A stretch of 64,000 bases of DNA from Amoebidium appalachense (GCA_963693365.1 CAVNZM010000003.1:8055312-8119311), one strand, 5' to 3'. Counted from the stretch's first letter, positions 1-11,998 are shown. The notes: generated by a model not told the origin, from the sequence alone. Made by a program: numbers and translations.

Positions 1-1117
1 AAGTCACTCTTCAACAACACCACAAGTGCTTCCACAGAGTCCCTATCCACCTCCCCCCCACCCATACCCCTCGTAAATTGCTCGGAATACATTTCAGATG
101 TGCTGGGATCGAGGGGTTGTCCCAACGAGGATTGTAGTCTCTCGAGCTCCCATAGGTGTGAAAATCCCTTTGCACACTGCAAACAAAACACGTTTTGTTA
201 GAAAATGCTCAAGAGTATGTTTAGGTGAGAACAAAATCCACATACACGTGTGTGGCTTTGGGTGATGTAGAGGGGGATAAGCGATGGGAGCCCCCTCCCC
301 CTTCCCCCCTTTCTTCCCCCTCCCCCGTCCCCCCCCCCCCCCTCCCCCTCAAACCCTCCCTCTGCTCCTCCTCTCTCTTCCCCCCCCATCCCACCCCCCC
401 TCTGCACCACACGGTTTCTATATGCTAACACAAACACACAGAATTTTAAAGGGGTTGAAGGGCTAGATATTGAATCTCCGGGGGGGAGGGGGGGGTAGGG
501 AGGAGACCGCTGTGCCTGCTGTGTGCCGTGCAAGGACAAAGAACGTTGCCCGGGAAGGTGGGGTGAGGGGTGGGGTGTGTGTGTGTGTTGGGGGGGGGGG
601 GGGAAGGGGGGGAGGAGGGGAGGGGGGGGGGGGAGGGAAGAAGGGGGAGGGGGGGGGGGGGGGAGGTTACCAGTGCTTGTAAGGAGGCGTCTACACCCGG
701 CGAGTTCGGGGTGTCTGTGTTCGCTGCGGGTGGCCTCTTAAGTGGCGCCTGCAGGGTTGGGTTGTCTGCTGGTTGCTGGGAGGTGGGTGGGGTCAGGGCC
801 CCAAGGTGTGTCTGGTGGTGGTGTGTGTGCATGTTGGTTACCCACCCCTCCTACACACACATCTTTGAGAGGCATAACAAAAGTGTTGGTAAGTGGTTTG
901 TCTCAAACAAGACTTCACGAAGACAACGTATTTCCAAACAACATCGGCAGTCTTGAACTACCCGTTGCCCTTTCCCTCGTTTTTTCATCGTTTTTCTTTG
1001 TATGTATCTGCCTCAGTGAAACTGCATACCAATGCACAAAGATGGGAGCCGCAATGATTCTCATGTAGTCTTCCGATTAACTCTTCTGTGTTTATTACAT
1101 TTAAACCTCACACTCAC

Positions 1118-1390
1118 CTTGCACACGCTTTCCTTGACACCTTCATGATAAGATTCCAGCACAGCGCACAGAACATGGTTTTTTGGTAACCCAGCAGCAC
1201 CACCCTCTGGTATCCTTGTCTCACACTCGCAATTAGGACAGGTGATTGTGTCTTTTCGGCGGAAACACACAACTTCTGCTATGCATGCTTGACAGAATGT
1301 GTGCAAGCATGTAAGTGCTGTAGGCTCAGTGAAGATGTCTAAACAGAGACCACATGTGAGGGCTTCGCGCAAGCTTCCAAGTAGTGTCAT
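1118..1390 (-). CDS. First coding exon of a TRIM-like C3HC4 RING-finger protein (probable E3 ligase); gene continues leftward and probably off the window
   Basis: ORF LTCGLCLDIFTEPTALTCLHTFCQACI...ITCPNC followed by the TRIM-typical LPKNHVL motif. Ends at AAG|GTGAGT donor (1117). Candidate downstream exons at about 671-811, 92-177 and 1-43 have AG/GT borders but the joins are unresolved. Confidence 0.8.
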
Positions 1391-2447
1391 ATTGTCTGTT
1401 TCTCACTTATTGCAACAACCGTTGAAAGCGTATGCCCACAAATATACATGGAAAAGGGGTTCGCAAAGAGCTTTCTCATAAAAAATTTCCCGTTAAAGCG
1501 TGAGCTGAAGAAGGGTTTGGAAAGTTTGCTCTGCTCTGTTGCTGCCAACGTGAACTCATGCATGCCCAGTTTCCTTCGGTTCACACAAACATTACCCGTG
1601 CCACCCCTAACCTCTACACCTTTGCACTCAACACGGTTGTCTATTGGCAAAGCGCTGTTGCTAAAGACATAAAATGCGTGTGCATCTCTTGTTCTCTGCA
1701 ATTTCAGACTAATCTGTATAGTATATATTTATGATTAGCTCGAGTTTCGACTACAAGCATATTCTACATGCATATATGTATCGAGCTCATACTTACAGTA
1801 GTAGTCATGTGTGGCTGAGGGGCCCGGGCCCCGCGCCCGGGGTCGGCGGCACCAACGGTCATTGGGCAGATTTGAAAAGTGCGCGCCAAAATGATTCTAT
1901 AAATAGGCCTTTTTGAAAAGACGGCCCAGGCCGTTGGAACTGGCGCCGGTTTATGTGTGGGGCAATTAGTCCAGTGCCATGGCCATTCTATGTTATTGTT
2001 GTGTTTATATGAGCATGCCGTATTGTATGTCATTGCTGTGGAAAAGGCAGGCACAACATGCTGCAAATGTAAATGTGGCATTTGGACTTGTACTTGTGTG
2101 TGCATGATCTGTGTTAGTTAGATGTACAGATAGACGGGTTCTTCATGTGGATGACCTGTGGCGGGCAGCGATAGTGATGATGTACCCGCAGCGGCAGCCG
2201 CTGTTGAAACTACTGTTGCAGTGTGTTCGGGCGGGGCATTTTTATAAAATGTACCGCGGGATGCTAATTTAGCTGGATCACCCCTAGGGGTTTACACACT
2301 TTTTATTGCGTGGACATTGCCGGAGGCCCAGCCACATTCGACGGCCTACTGCGTTTTCCAGCACAGCCAATCAAATGCAGCCAGTGACATATGTACATGC
2401 TAGGCAACAATGAGCGCCATCGTAGGATCTGACACCCCTATTACATA

Positions 2448-5400
2448 TTATGGGTAAGCAGATGCTAGCATCGGTAGCTCCGACAGAAAGTTAAGGCACC
2501 GGATCACAATATCATACTGTGCAGCATTAATAAGGTGATCTAGGATAGTCATCTTAAAACGGATATATTGAGGAAGAGATGAAGAAAAGAGAATAAAACC
2601 GCCAATAACCTCCGGTTCTAATACATTAGCTAACAGGTTGCATTTATTGATAGATATGCAGCCGCGAGTAAACCGCCCCCCACACATATTACACATACGA
2701 GCAGGAGACACCAGAAACCGATTACACCGCCAAGCCATAATCATCTTTGCGTTTTTACACCACACCACATTACGAATAAACGAATCTATGTATGAACGAG
2801 ACTCTCTAACCGTATCCGCCATATAGGCTACTAGTAGTTGGTGTTTGTGCGGTCCTAACACCGGAAGGGACTCAACACGTAGAGTAAAAAGATATCTATC
2901 AGCCATAGACTTGAAACTATTCATATTCACACTATGATCTAGCCGTACCTCCGGGGGGGTCGCCAGCCATTCCACATAGCGCTCGGCAATGGGCAGAGAC
3001 GATGGGGAAGGGAAGAGGTACAGGGGCGAATCCGGCGGGGATGCGTGTAGCCGGAAGAGCGGGTGGTCCGGGGCACAAGCGGACAGGCGGGTGATGTGCT
3101 CGTGAAATTTAAGGGCTAATTCGTGTACGCGTTGTGATGGTGGTGTGAGTGCGTAGAGAGAATCAAAAAGGCGTCTAGGGATAGGTGTGGAAAGACCAGT
3201 GAGAAACATACAACAAGTTGTGTAATGGAAATCATCTAATGATTTGAGGACATTAGTAACAGTATCAGGGGGTGCCATAGCTAGTAAGGGCAACCCGTAT
3301 TCCGACAAAGGGCGAATATATGTGCGAAATATACTAAGACGATTGTATAGGTGGACAGTATGAGAAAGAGAAGCAAGATACACATCCCGAAATAACCGAA
3401 GACACCTGCCTGCACTCTCCACCCGACGGTCGATCATCCGTTTGAAACATATGCCCCATTCGTCCACCGGAATCCCCAAATACTTGTATTCGATTGGGCG
3501 AGGGAGGGGACTGCCGAAAATACAAACGTCGTCCCATGCCGGTATCGATTTTGATAAAAGGGCACACTTTTTGACATTAATCTGCATATCGTTGCGCTGG
3601 CACCAATGTTCAACCACACGAATGTATTGCCGTAGTTCGAGAGGATCGGATGACATAAGCACAATATCGTCGGCAAAAAAGAGGGCGGGAGGAGCCTGGG
3701 ATGGCAACCCCCCGTCAATTTGTGCCGCAGAAAGAGTGTCGGCTAAATCATCAATATACAGGTTGAAAAGAAGAGGACTTAGCAGGGACCCTAGAAGTAC
3801 CCCGCGCGTGCGGGTAAACCCTGGGGATAGCCGCCCATTAACCACCGCTCGTCCGCGTGTAAACGTAAACATAGCTTCCAGTAGCCGACCCATTTGGAAT
3901 GGGACACCGCGAGTGGCTAACTTGGCCCACAGGCGAGGGAGGTCGACCGTGTCGTACGCGTTCTTAAAATCGATAAATACGAGGTGCTCGGTATCACTTT
4001 GAGTTGCATTATGTAGAGTGAGGATTTGTGCGTAACATGAGTGTCGATGCCGAAACGCCGCCTGAAGAGGGCTCAGCTGGGAAGCCTGCTTAAGGGTGGG
4101 GTTACGGGAAAAGGCCTGTAAAAGGCCACTTTCGAATAATCGGCGAAAAACGGACGTAAGGGTGATAGGGCGAAATTCGTGGATGGGACCCTGTGCAACC
4201 GTTTTCTTGATGGGAAACACTAAGGTGGCTAGCCACTCCGAGGGCACTTTACCGACATCAGAATACCAGCTAAACAACTCGCTAAGAATACATGTAAGTG
4301 GTGGCGGCGGGCCACGCTTTTCGTCTTTCTCGGGTCGGGGTGGGATGAGTACCTTAAGTAGTGCCATAGGGATGCCGTCCGGCCCGCACGCTTTGCGGGA
4401 CGGGTAACGGGAGACTAACTGCCATACCGCATCTGGGGTAAAAAGTTCCCCCAATTCCGCCCCAAACTCAGCCGGCCCCGCTGGCCACGCCGTGTGTGGT
4501 GGTGGTGGTGTGTCGGAGGGTGGAACAAAAACAGGAGGGGGCGCCTGCCCCAGGTCCGTGGCCATACATGTCGGGTTACGTTTAAACAGGGTGCCGTAAA
4601 AGGAATCGGTTGCAGATTCCGGGTCGGATGACGGGTCGGCCGTTATTCGAATCGAATGATCGCCGCGATCAATCTTCCGAATATTACCCAATAGCATGTG
4701 ATACGGTAGAGGCTTACGTAAGGCAGCCTCCGCTCGAGGGCCGCGAGTGTGTGTAGTTCGTGCTTGTGGGTAAACTTGGGCACCTAAACAGGCATATTCA
4801 CCTATGTCCCACAAGGTTTCTCGTACTGTAGACCAGACGCTATCGATGAAGGTCTGGTCGGTGCGTAGTGGGGTTTGGCGTCCATCACGCACAAGCGATA
4901 ATAGACTCGGTTGCACCGTCTCGAAAAAGAAGCGAGTGTCTGCTTGGCCGCGCTGGCTTTTAAGTTCGCGTACGTTAAGTCTGTAAGTGTGTTGTGGTGA
5001 CGGCGTAGAACGGCTAAGTGTAGTGCGAAAGACTATAGGTAGGTGGTCTGACGGTGGGGGGTGTAGGTTGTGGTGTATGTGTAAGGTGCAAGGACCAGAG
5101 GCTGCCCCCCAGTCCGTGCGGTGTTCTTGTACTACAGATGGAAGAGTAAGGCGTAAGGCTGTAACAAAAGTGTGAAAGGTTGGCGTGCGTGGGTGGTTGG
5201 GTTTAAGTAGGGCCTGTGGGTGGCCGTGTAGGGGGTGTGGGGTGGTAGTTAGCGGGCTATTAAAGTCTCCTAACACTAGTGTGGGGTTATGTGGGGCGAT
5301 GGTGTTAAGCTCGTGTTTAAGTGCTAGAAGTGGAAGGCTAGGTGGAAAATAAACAAAAGTGCATATATGGCCACAAACTGAGATGGTGAGTGTGTGTATT

Positions 5401-5651
5401 GTACGTGCTATAACTGAACAGTGGTTAACAAAGTGGTAGGCGGCGATGAACACTATGCCGGAGTGAGGCTTGTGGCCCACAGGCTGAGTAGACTCGCCGA
5501 CGAGCCGTCCAGACCGACGGAGTGTGGCGTGGTCTCGCCACCACGTTTCTGCGACAACAATAAACGGGAACTCCTGTTGGGGTAACGAAAGAAGAAACTG
5601 TGCTTTACTCTTATTTAGACTACGAGCATTCCAGAAAAGAAAGGAGAGCAT
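2448..5651 (-). CDS. LINE ORF2: AP endonuclease + reverse transcriptase + C-terminal Cys knuckle (1067 aa)
   Basis: APE motifs WNARSL, VAETW, YFPP, LGDFN, SDHLPI. RT motifs GPDGIP, FRPITL, QAAFR, FIDFKNAYDTV, GVLLGSLLSPLLFNLYIDDL, FADD, YKYLG. C-terminal CNMC...C...C. Confidence 0.97.
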   Translation of the reverse strand: MLSFLFWNARSLNKSKAQFLLSLPQQEFPFIVVAETWWRDHATLRRSGRLVGESTQPVGHKPHSGIVFIAAYHFVNHCSVIARTIHTLTISVCGHICTFVYFPPSLPLLALKHELNTIAPHNPTLVLGDFNSPLTTTPHPLHGHPQALLKPNHPRTPTFHTFVTALRLTLPSVVQEHRTDWGAASGPCTLHIHHNLHPPPSDHLPIVFRTTLSRSTPSPQHTYRLNVRELKSQRGQADTRFFFETVQPSLLSLVRDGRQTPLRTDQTFIDSVWSTVRETLWDIGEYACLGAQVYPQARTTHTRGPRAEAALRKPLPYHMLLGNIRKIDRGDHSIRITADPSSDPESATDSFYGTLFKRNPTCMATDLGQAPPPVFVPPSDTPPPPHTAWPAGPAEFGAELGELFTPDAVWQLVSRYPSRKACGPDGIPMALLKVLIPPRPEKDEKRGPPPPLTCILSELFSWYSDVGKVPSEWLATLVFPIKKTVAQGPIHEFRPITLTSVFRRLFESGLLQAFSRNPTLKQASQLSPLQAAFRHRHSCYAQILTLHNATQSDTEHLVFIDFKNAYDTVDLPRLWAKLATRGVPFQMGRLLEAMFTFTRGRAVVNGRLSPGFTRTRGVLLGSLLSPLLFNLYIDDLADTLSAAQIDGGLPSQAPPALFFADDIVLMSSDPLELRQYIRVVEHWCQRNDMQINVKKCALLSKSIPAWDDVCIFGSPLPRPIEYKYLGIPVDEWGICFKRMIDRRVESAGRCLRLFRDVYLASLSHTVHLYNRLSIFRTYIRPLSEYGLPLLAMAPPDTVTNVLKSLDDFHYTTCCMFLTGLSTPIPRRLFDSLYALTPPSQRVHELALKFHEHITRLSACAPDHPLFRLHASPPDSPLYLFPSPSSLPIAERYVEWLATPPEVRLDHSVNMNSFKSMADRYLFTLRVESLPVLGPHKHQLLVAYMADTVRESRSYIDSFIRNVVWCKNAKMIMAWRCNRFLVSPARMCNMCGGRFTRGCISINKCNLLANVLEPEVIGGFILFSSSLPQYIRFKMTILDHLINAAQYDIVIRCLNFLSELPMLASAYP

Positions 5652-5653
5652 GC

Positions 5654-6799
5654 TTACTGGGAGTTGGCTGGTGCGGCGGTGGGGTCGTAGGGCTTGCTGA
5701 AGACCTGCACGTGCTGAGCCTCCCAGTAGGCACGCACCTCAGCTGCTGTTTTGGCCCGGCTGTCGTGTGCCGGGTAAAGTGTGGCTGCCTTGACAGCCCA
5801 TGCATGGGCGTTGGCCATTCTTGCAAGCACCCGGCGTTGCCAAGAGGCCCGGGCAGCGGCCTCTGCATCAACACGGTTAAGTGTGGTGTTGTAGGGAGCC
5901 GTAGGATCGAAGTCTGCGAGAAAGGTGGCGTCGGTAGCACGTTGGATGATGTTTATGAGGGTATCACGGTAGCCGGCACGCACAATGAACACTGGGTAGC
6001 GACGGCCAATGAAGAGCATGTCGGGAATCATTCGGTTGAGGACACCGAGGGTGTAAAGACGGTCACGCATGGTGCTGATGTTGGCCGGCACCAAGGTGAA
6101 GGCTGCAGTGGTCAACTCGGACTCGTCGGTACCCTGAGGGGCAGGGTCAGACGCCACCCGAGGGCGGCGGGTTGGGTGCAGTGCTGACGCTGCGGCAAGG
6201 GCTGCCAAAGCCTGGGTAGCCCCGTGGGTCTGGGCCACCGACTCGGCATACGTTTTGACTTTCTCGGACACGTACACGGTCTTGGCGTCCACCGTAGTGC
6301 GGTACACCTTAGGATTCGTTGTGGGTATGAACTTGGGAGACCCCGGGGGGGTGGGTAACCCATCGGGGGTTGCCTGTGCTGCAGGGGCCGGGCCCGCGTG
6401 GGCAGGGCCGGTGGGGGTTGCCCGGTCAGCTTCCAGCTGCCGTAAGCGCGTCTCCATTTGCTGAACAAGGAGGTCTGTGTGGTCCTGTTTGGCTTTATAC
6501 TCAGCTACTTGGGTTGTTAAGTCGGAGACTTGGGTGCGGAGCTGCTCATGATGCGCCATAAGTTTGAGCACGGCTTTCCTAGCCTTCTCGGGTATCAAGT
6601 GCAGTTGTTCTTTCGAAATAAAACTACTTGCTGGCGGCACGGCCGGTGGCGCTTTAACCTCGGGAAAGGGAACCTGTTCCGCTCGGCTCAGTTTAGTTAG
6701 CCTCTTATCTGGGGATTCTCCATCCCGTGTATCACGTTTGCGGCTCCCAGGCGGTGTCCCAGGAGGGTCCGGGGACAAGGATGCATCCTGAGACGCCAT
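5654..6799 (-). CDS. LINE ORF1 (381 aa; coiled coil, no CCHC knuckle)
   Basis: Directly upstream of ORF2 with junction TAA-GC-ATG. Heptad region HEQLRTQVSDLTTQVAEY...MET RLRQLE, a TYAESV motif and a folded C-terminal domain. Confidence 0.9.
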   Translation of the reverse strand: MASQDASLSPDPPGTPPGSRKRDTRDGESPDKRLTKLSRAEQVPFPEVKAPPAVPPASSFISKEQLHLIPEKARKAVLKLMAHHEQLRTQVSDLTTQVAEYKAKQDHTDLLVQQMETRLRQLEADRATPTGPAHAGPAPAAQATPDGLPTPPGSPKFIPTTNPKVYRTTVDAKTVYVSEKVKTYAESVAQTHGATQALAALAAASALHPTRRPRVASDPAPQGTDESELTTAAFTLVPANISTMRDRLYTLGVLNRMIPDMLFIGRRYPVFIVRAGYRDTLINIIQRATDATFLADFDPTAPYNTTLNRVDAEAAARASWQRRVLARMANAHAWAVKAATLYPAHDSRAKTAAEVRAYWEAQHVQVFSKPYDPTAAPANSQ

Positions 6800-7061
6800 G
6801 GGTGGGTTCTAGCTGCCCCTCAAGGGGCCTAAGTAGAGGTGGATGCCTAAGTAAAGGCCGATGCCTAAGTAGAGAACCCCTAGCCCCCAATTCAAAAATC
6901 CGATAGCCTACATTGCGTAGATCATCTAATTACGTCATTCGAATCTGATGTAGTCTTCTGCGATCGACGCCACCGCCGCGGCGCCGAAATTTGGGGCTAG
7001 ATCACCCACCCCAAACCCCACCACCTGCCCTCCCCCCTCCCCCGCCTCCCCGCCTGCCTCG

Positions 7062-7092
<31 letters not shown>

Positions 7093-7162
7093 GCCCCTCC
7101 CCCTACCCCCCCCAACCACAACCATCACCACCAACCCCCCTTCCCCTCTTCTCCCGTCCCCG

Positions 7163-7224
<62 letters not shown>

Positions 7225-7287
7225 ACGCTCGCACATACACACACCGTGCACCCACACACACCGCACGCAGGGACGCAAGCACGCACG

Positions 7288-7320
<33 letters not shown>

Positions 7321-9035
7321 CAAAAAAAAAAAGGCGAAAATTTTGAACTAGGGAGGAGTAAAGCAACGAGTTGACAGCTGGACACATGCACGAATGAACT
7401 ATTCGGGCTGCAACGATCGTCCCAACCCACATTTTTCTGTCCCGGTGCCCTGCATAGTCATTCAATTTGCCGGCAAATTAAACACCCAGGATTTTTTTCA
7501 TTCTATTTAGATAGAGGCTAACCGTTACAGGAAACGCGGCTGAAGCACCACAAGCACATCAAAAAACTAATAATAGCAGCACACGTTAGCCACCGTCACT
7601 AATACTATCAGCGCATATTTGAGTACCCTGACCGTCAAACGTTAAATCCCAATAAGATCAACCTCCGAGTCGTTGCATGAAGTGAAAATCCCCCCCCCCC
7701 CCCCCCCCCCCCCCCCCAGCCGCGGCCCGGGTATATACACTTTAAACGTGCAGGCAGAACGTTCGAGGGTACCAAAAAAAAAAAAAAAAAAAAAAAGAAC
7801 AGATCAAAAGGTCTCGGAAAGAGAGAATAATATTGACTCGAAGCGGAAAGGGGGGGGGGGGGGGGGGAGGGGGAGGGGGGGGAGGGAGGGGGTGGGGGGG
7901 GGGGGGGGGGGGGGGGGAGCAAGATAATCTAGAGAGGTACAGTGCGCACGTTCATAAGACACGGGCTCTGATAGAAACAAAGACTACAAAAAGGAACTTC
8001 CGGGTATGTTACAGTATCGCTATAGAGTCACAATGATTAAATTCCGAGGTGAAGACTATAATAAGCATTCCAGGATAACGATAATGATAGCCTAAGGATT
8101 ATTCGAGATAAGGACTATGTATGGCATGAAGGTTGGGCGAAAAGGCTACTTAAGAAATATACTGGAGGAAGGGCCAAAAAAACAAGACTCCTAATAGTAC
8201 TTTCTCTTATATCCCCCGAAGGAGACTGTCTATCACGATACATATTAAAGAAAGCACCGAGATGTAAACTCTCTATAGCTAACTAACATAAGAAGGCTTC
8301 TCACGACATCCATCTATCCGCATGAACACAGAAAGCCCCACACCCATATTAATCTCGTGCCGGGATGCTCCTTCCACTATACGTCACTGTGTTGAACTCG
8401 CCAGTTGGTGGCCGTCGATACCTCATTGTATTACACACCGTGACGTGGGTGTCACAATGGTGGTTCGAGAGTGATTGTGGGGTGGGTGGGTGAGTTGAGT
8501 TATTAATTTTGGGTCTGTAGGTGTGCACGTGCTTGTGTGTGTGCAAGACGGTGCATACTTCTGTTGATTGTGTGCGCATACACATATTCCGTACCAATAA
8601 CATACATGTAGGGAGATGGGGGAACAAAAAAAGGGCTAAGAATGTTTGTATGTGTGTGCGCCGGGGGGTGTGGGTGGGGTGTGTGTGTTTTCGTATCATT
8701 TTGCGCTGGGGATGTGGGCGGTGTGTGTGTGTGCGTTTGTGGGTGGTTGTGTGTCTGTCCGCATGCGTGTGGGTGCGTATACGTGTGTGTGACGGTGTAT
8801 GTGTATGATGTGTATGTTTATGTTTCATGTGCATCATATGATGCCATGTGTAGGTGCCACGTGTGCCACGGTGTGCCACGGTGTGTGTGTGTGTGTGTGT
8901 GTGTCTCTGTGTTTCTGTGTGTGTGTCAGTGCATTTGTGTGTGTGCTTGCGTGTGTGTGTTTGCGTGTGTGCGCTTCTGTCTGCGCATAGTGTGTAATGT
9001 GCGGGTTTATGTTTATGGCATGTGTATGTGCGTGT

Positions 9036-10691
9036 TTATGTGTAAAAGTGTCTGTGCTCTTTGGCAAAATTGAGAAGAGCCGGGGGGATGGGGGTAGAGG
9101 GGTCCATACCCATGGTCCATCCCCGTATCGCTTTTCTTAGCTCTTCCGGCGTCATTTTCGGACACGTTGCAAGTGCGGTAATTTTTAAATTTGGAACATC
9201 ACGCACCATTAAACGGGAGAGGTTGGGATGGCCCTTAAAAGAGTTCAGGCTTCGTAAAGAACCCAGGTGCCTCAAGTCGAGGGTCGTCAGGCCCGTTATA
9301 TCCGCCAGTGCACTGATGTCGACCAAATTGGGGAAATCGCGTATGCCTACTGTCTTTAGCATTGGTGTGTGCATGGTTATATTGCCGAGAGAGGTGATGT
9401 CTGAATCGGTTACACATAGAGTCCTCAGATTGGGGTGGTTTATATCACACAGCGTCTCACCGGATACTTTTTCAATGCCTAGCACCCGAAGCTGCTGCAT
9501 GCTCTGACAATTCAACACAACCCCGAGAGGGATCTCTGATGCACCATTGTCGGTCGTAATACGGCAGTTGGCTAATCCGAGACTGGTAAGGGCGGCAAAC
9601 TGGGCTAGCCAGCCAACAGAAAGAGTGACGTTGCAAAGGGAAAGGTCTGTCATCGTCTTGGCGGATGTATACAATTCCTGTGGCACGTCGCGAAGAACCT
9701 CGATATGCCTGGGGTTAGGGCGTCCAACGTGCATGGCATAACGCTCGAGCCGGTTTGTGTCAAATATTGGGAACGCACCGTGGATACTGGCACAAAAGAT
9801 GGAGATTTTACGCAAATTCCGGCAAGGTTCGATCGCTGACACATCAAGTTGTCCATTAACCCCAGCATCGAACACCTCCAAATTAGGAAGATACGACACC
9901 ACCACCATACCCATGTGTCCCGAATGGCACGTGTGTAACATCAAACGTTCAGATTTTCCATTGCCCCCAGCACGCTCAAATCGATTCTCCTGTGGCCGGC
10001 GCGATAGTCCACATTATCAACGTAGATCACAATCTCTTCCATATTTAGGAATATCTGGGGTATTGCCTGCAATCTGCCAATGTCGCCCTCTTCAAATTGA
10101 AGATTGAACTCAGGTTTCTTCAAAAACGGGTTGCTCTGCACGATCGATCGCGACCCGATAATTTGCCTCGGCGTATCCGACCGGACGGAATTCCTGCCTG
10201 TGAAGAACGAAAGTTTTCAGTCTAGACCCGACCGATCCGAGCGCCTCATCCACAAAAACACCCAAAAATTCCTCCTCCGTGTCTGGCTGGGCCCTCGTCT
10301 GCCAGATTTCTACCGTGTGCACCTTAGTGAGGTCGGCAAGTTCCCGGCAAAACTGGAGTGCTCGATTTCTCTGCTCGTCATTGGCCCACATGCTCTTAGG
10401 CCTATATATCACCCAGCTTGAATCTGACAACTCAATCGCCGCCTGCCACGGTTTTATATCGCTCAGATTGCACCATCCGCTTTCGACCATTCCGGACCAG
10501 AACCACCACCGACTTGCGTTCGTCGAAACACTTTGTTGTGCGAAGCGGATATGGCGATTAGGCCTGCATGGGGGGACCGCGCAACAGCGCAGCATCGACT
10601 AGTCACGAGGGAAAACGACAACCGGCTGGCAAGAGGCAAATAGTGCAGAATTTTAAGAGAAGCTCTACGGGGAGGTGGAGTAGAAAGCCAT
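9036..10691 (-). pseudogene. F-box/LRR protein gene disrupted by at least 4 frameshifts
   Basis: F-box LLHLPVELLL/KILHYLPLASRLSFSLVTSR is split across frames near 10655. Further frame changes near 10565, 10185 and 9945 join ORFs 10110-10595, 9941-10141 and 9036-9944. The last carries LRRs (LTSLGLANC, LRTLCVTDSDI, LTTLDLRHL). Acceptor gcacag| at 10692. Confidence 0.75.
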
Positions 10692-10979
10692 CTGTGCGTG
10701 TAAGGGTTAATCACGTGAGAGAAGCAACGGTAGAATTTCATTGTCGCTGGGCAGCTGGGAATGCAGATCAGGCAGGGTTTGAACAAGCAACACACATCAT
10801 GTGCCAACAGATAGATTTACAGGCGGTCACAGCGCTTGCATGGTATCTTGGTCTAAAAACTAGGCCTGGATAAGCAATCTGGATATGGTGTATAGCCGTG
10901 ACGGTAGTTGGGATAGGGGGACAACGTTTAAAGAAGAAAGAGAAGAAGCGAAATAAGTAATTATTACGCCGCCGTATGC

Positions 10980-11858
10980 GCTGGGGGAGGGGGGGGGGGG
11001 GGGGGGGGGGGGGGCAAAAGGGAAAAAGGGATGGGGAGAGGAAAGAGGGAGAAAGAGCAGAGAAAGGAGGGAGGAAGAAGAGAAGTGAGGGGACTGAGGA
11101 TCTGGGAGTGAGGGGAGGGAGGGGAAGATAGAGAGGAGAGGGACAGAGGAAGAAGAGGGACGGGAGGTGGAGTTTGGGGGTGAAGGGGGGAGGAGGAGGG
11201 AGGGATAGAGGAAGGAAGAAAGAGGCTAGAGGGGCAGGAGGGAGGAGGTGAGTGGGAGTCGAAGGGGGAGGGGGGACTCGGGGGAAGGAAAGGGGGGAGG
11301 GGAGGTGGGGCGGGAGGGGACGAGGACAGTGGGAGGGAAAGGGAAGAGGAAAAGGGACTCGAGGAAGGAGAAGTCAAGAAGGGGGGAAGGCCTGGGGCGG
11401 AGAGTGAGGAGGGGGGAGGGGGGTGGGGGAGTTGTATGCATCAGGTCTTTGGAGTTATGGAAGTGGAGACATCTATAGGCAATCTACAACCTGTCGCAAA
11501 AATGCAAAAACCAGAAGCAGAAAAAGAAAAATGCAAGCGAGACCTGGGAGAAGGAGAGAGGCTGGGAGGGAGGTGAAAGGCGATGAGGGAGAGGAAGGGA
11601 GAGAGAGGGAGGGAGAGAGAGGAAGGGAGAAAGGGAAAGAGATCTAGAGGAAGTGAGAACATGGGGAAGGAGTCAAGGAACCAAGGAGAAAGAATATGGA
11701 GGGGGGAGAGGAGGGATAGAAAATGAGGGAGAGAGGGAGGGAGGGAGGGACTTGAAGGGTTGGAGGGAGAGAGGGGGGGGGGGAGGGAGGGAGTGCTGGA
11801 GAAGGGGGGAGAGAGGGTGGGGGGGGGGGGGAGAGATAGAGAGAGAGAGAGAATGAGT

Positions 11859-11911
<53 letters not shown>

Positions 11912-11921
11912 TGTGTGTGTG

Positions 11922-11998
<77 letters not shown>

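Larger units (their letters stand above)
2284..6995 (-). mobile_element. Near full-length non-LTR retrotransposon (LINE, ORF1 + APE-RT ORF2)
   Basis: Two long intronless ORFs in tandem. Boundaries inferred from a 12-bp direct repeat with 1 mismatch (gctggatcaccc 2272-2283 / gctagatcaccc 6996-7007) as candidate TSD. AATAAA lies shortly before the 3' end; no poly(A) tail. Confidence 0.85.

Noticed and set aside
9036-10691. Giant-virus or Polinton insertion around the F-box/LRR gene
   Set aside because: No viral hallmark genes nearby, and the exon has a normal splice acceptor.
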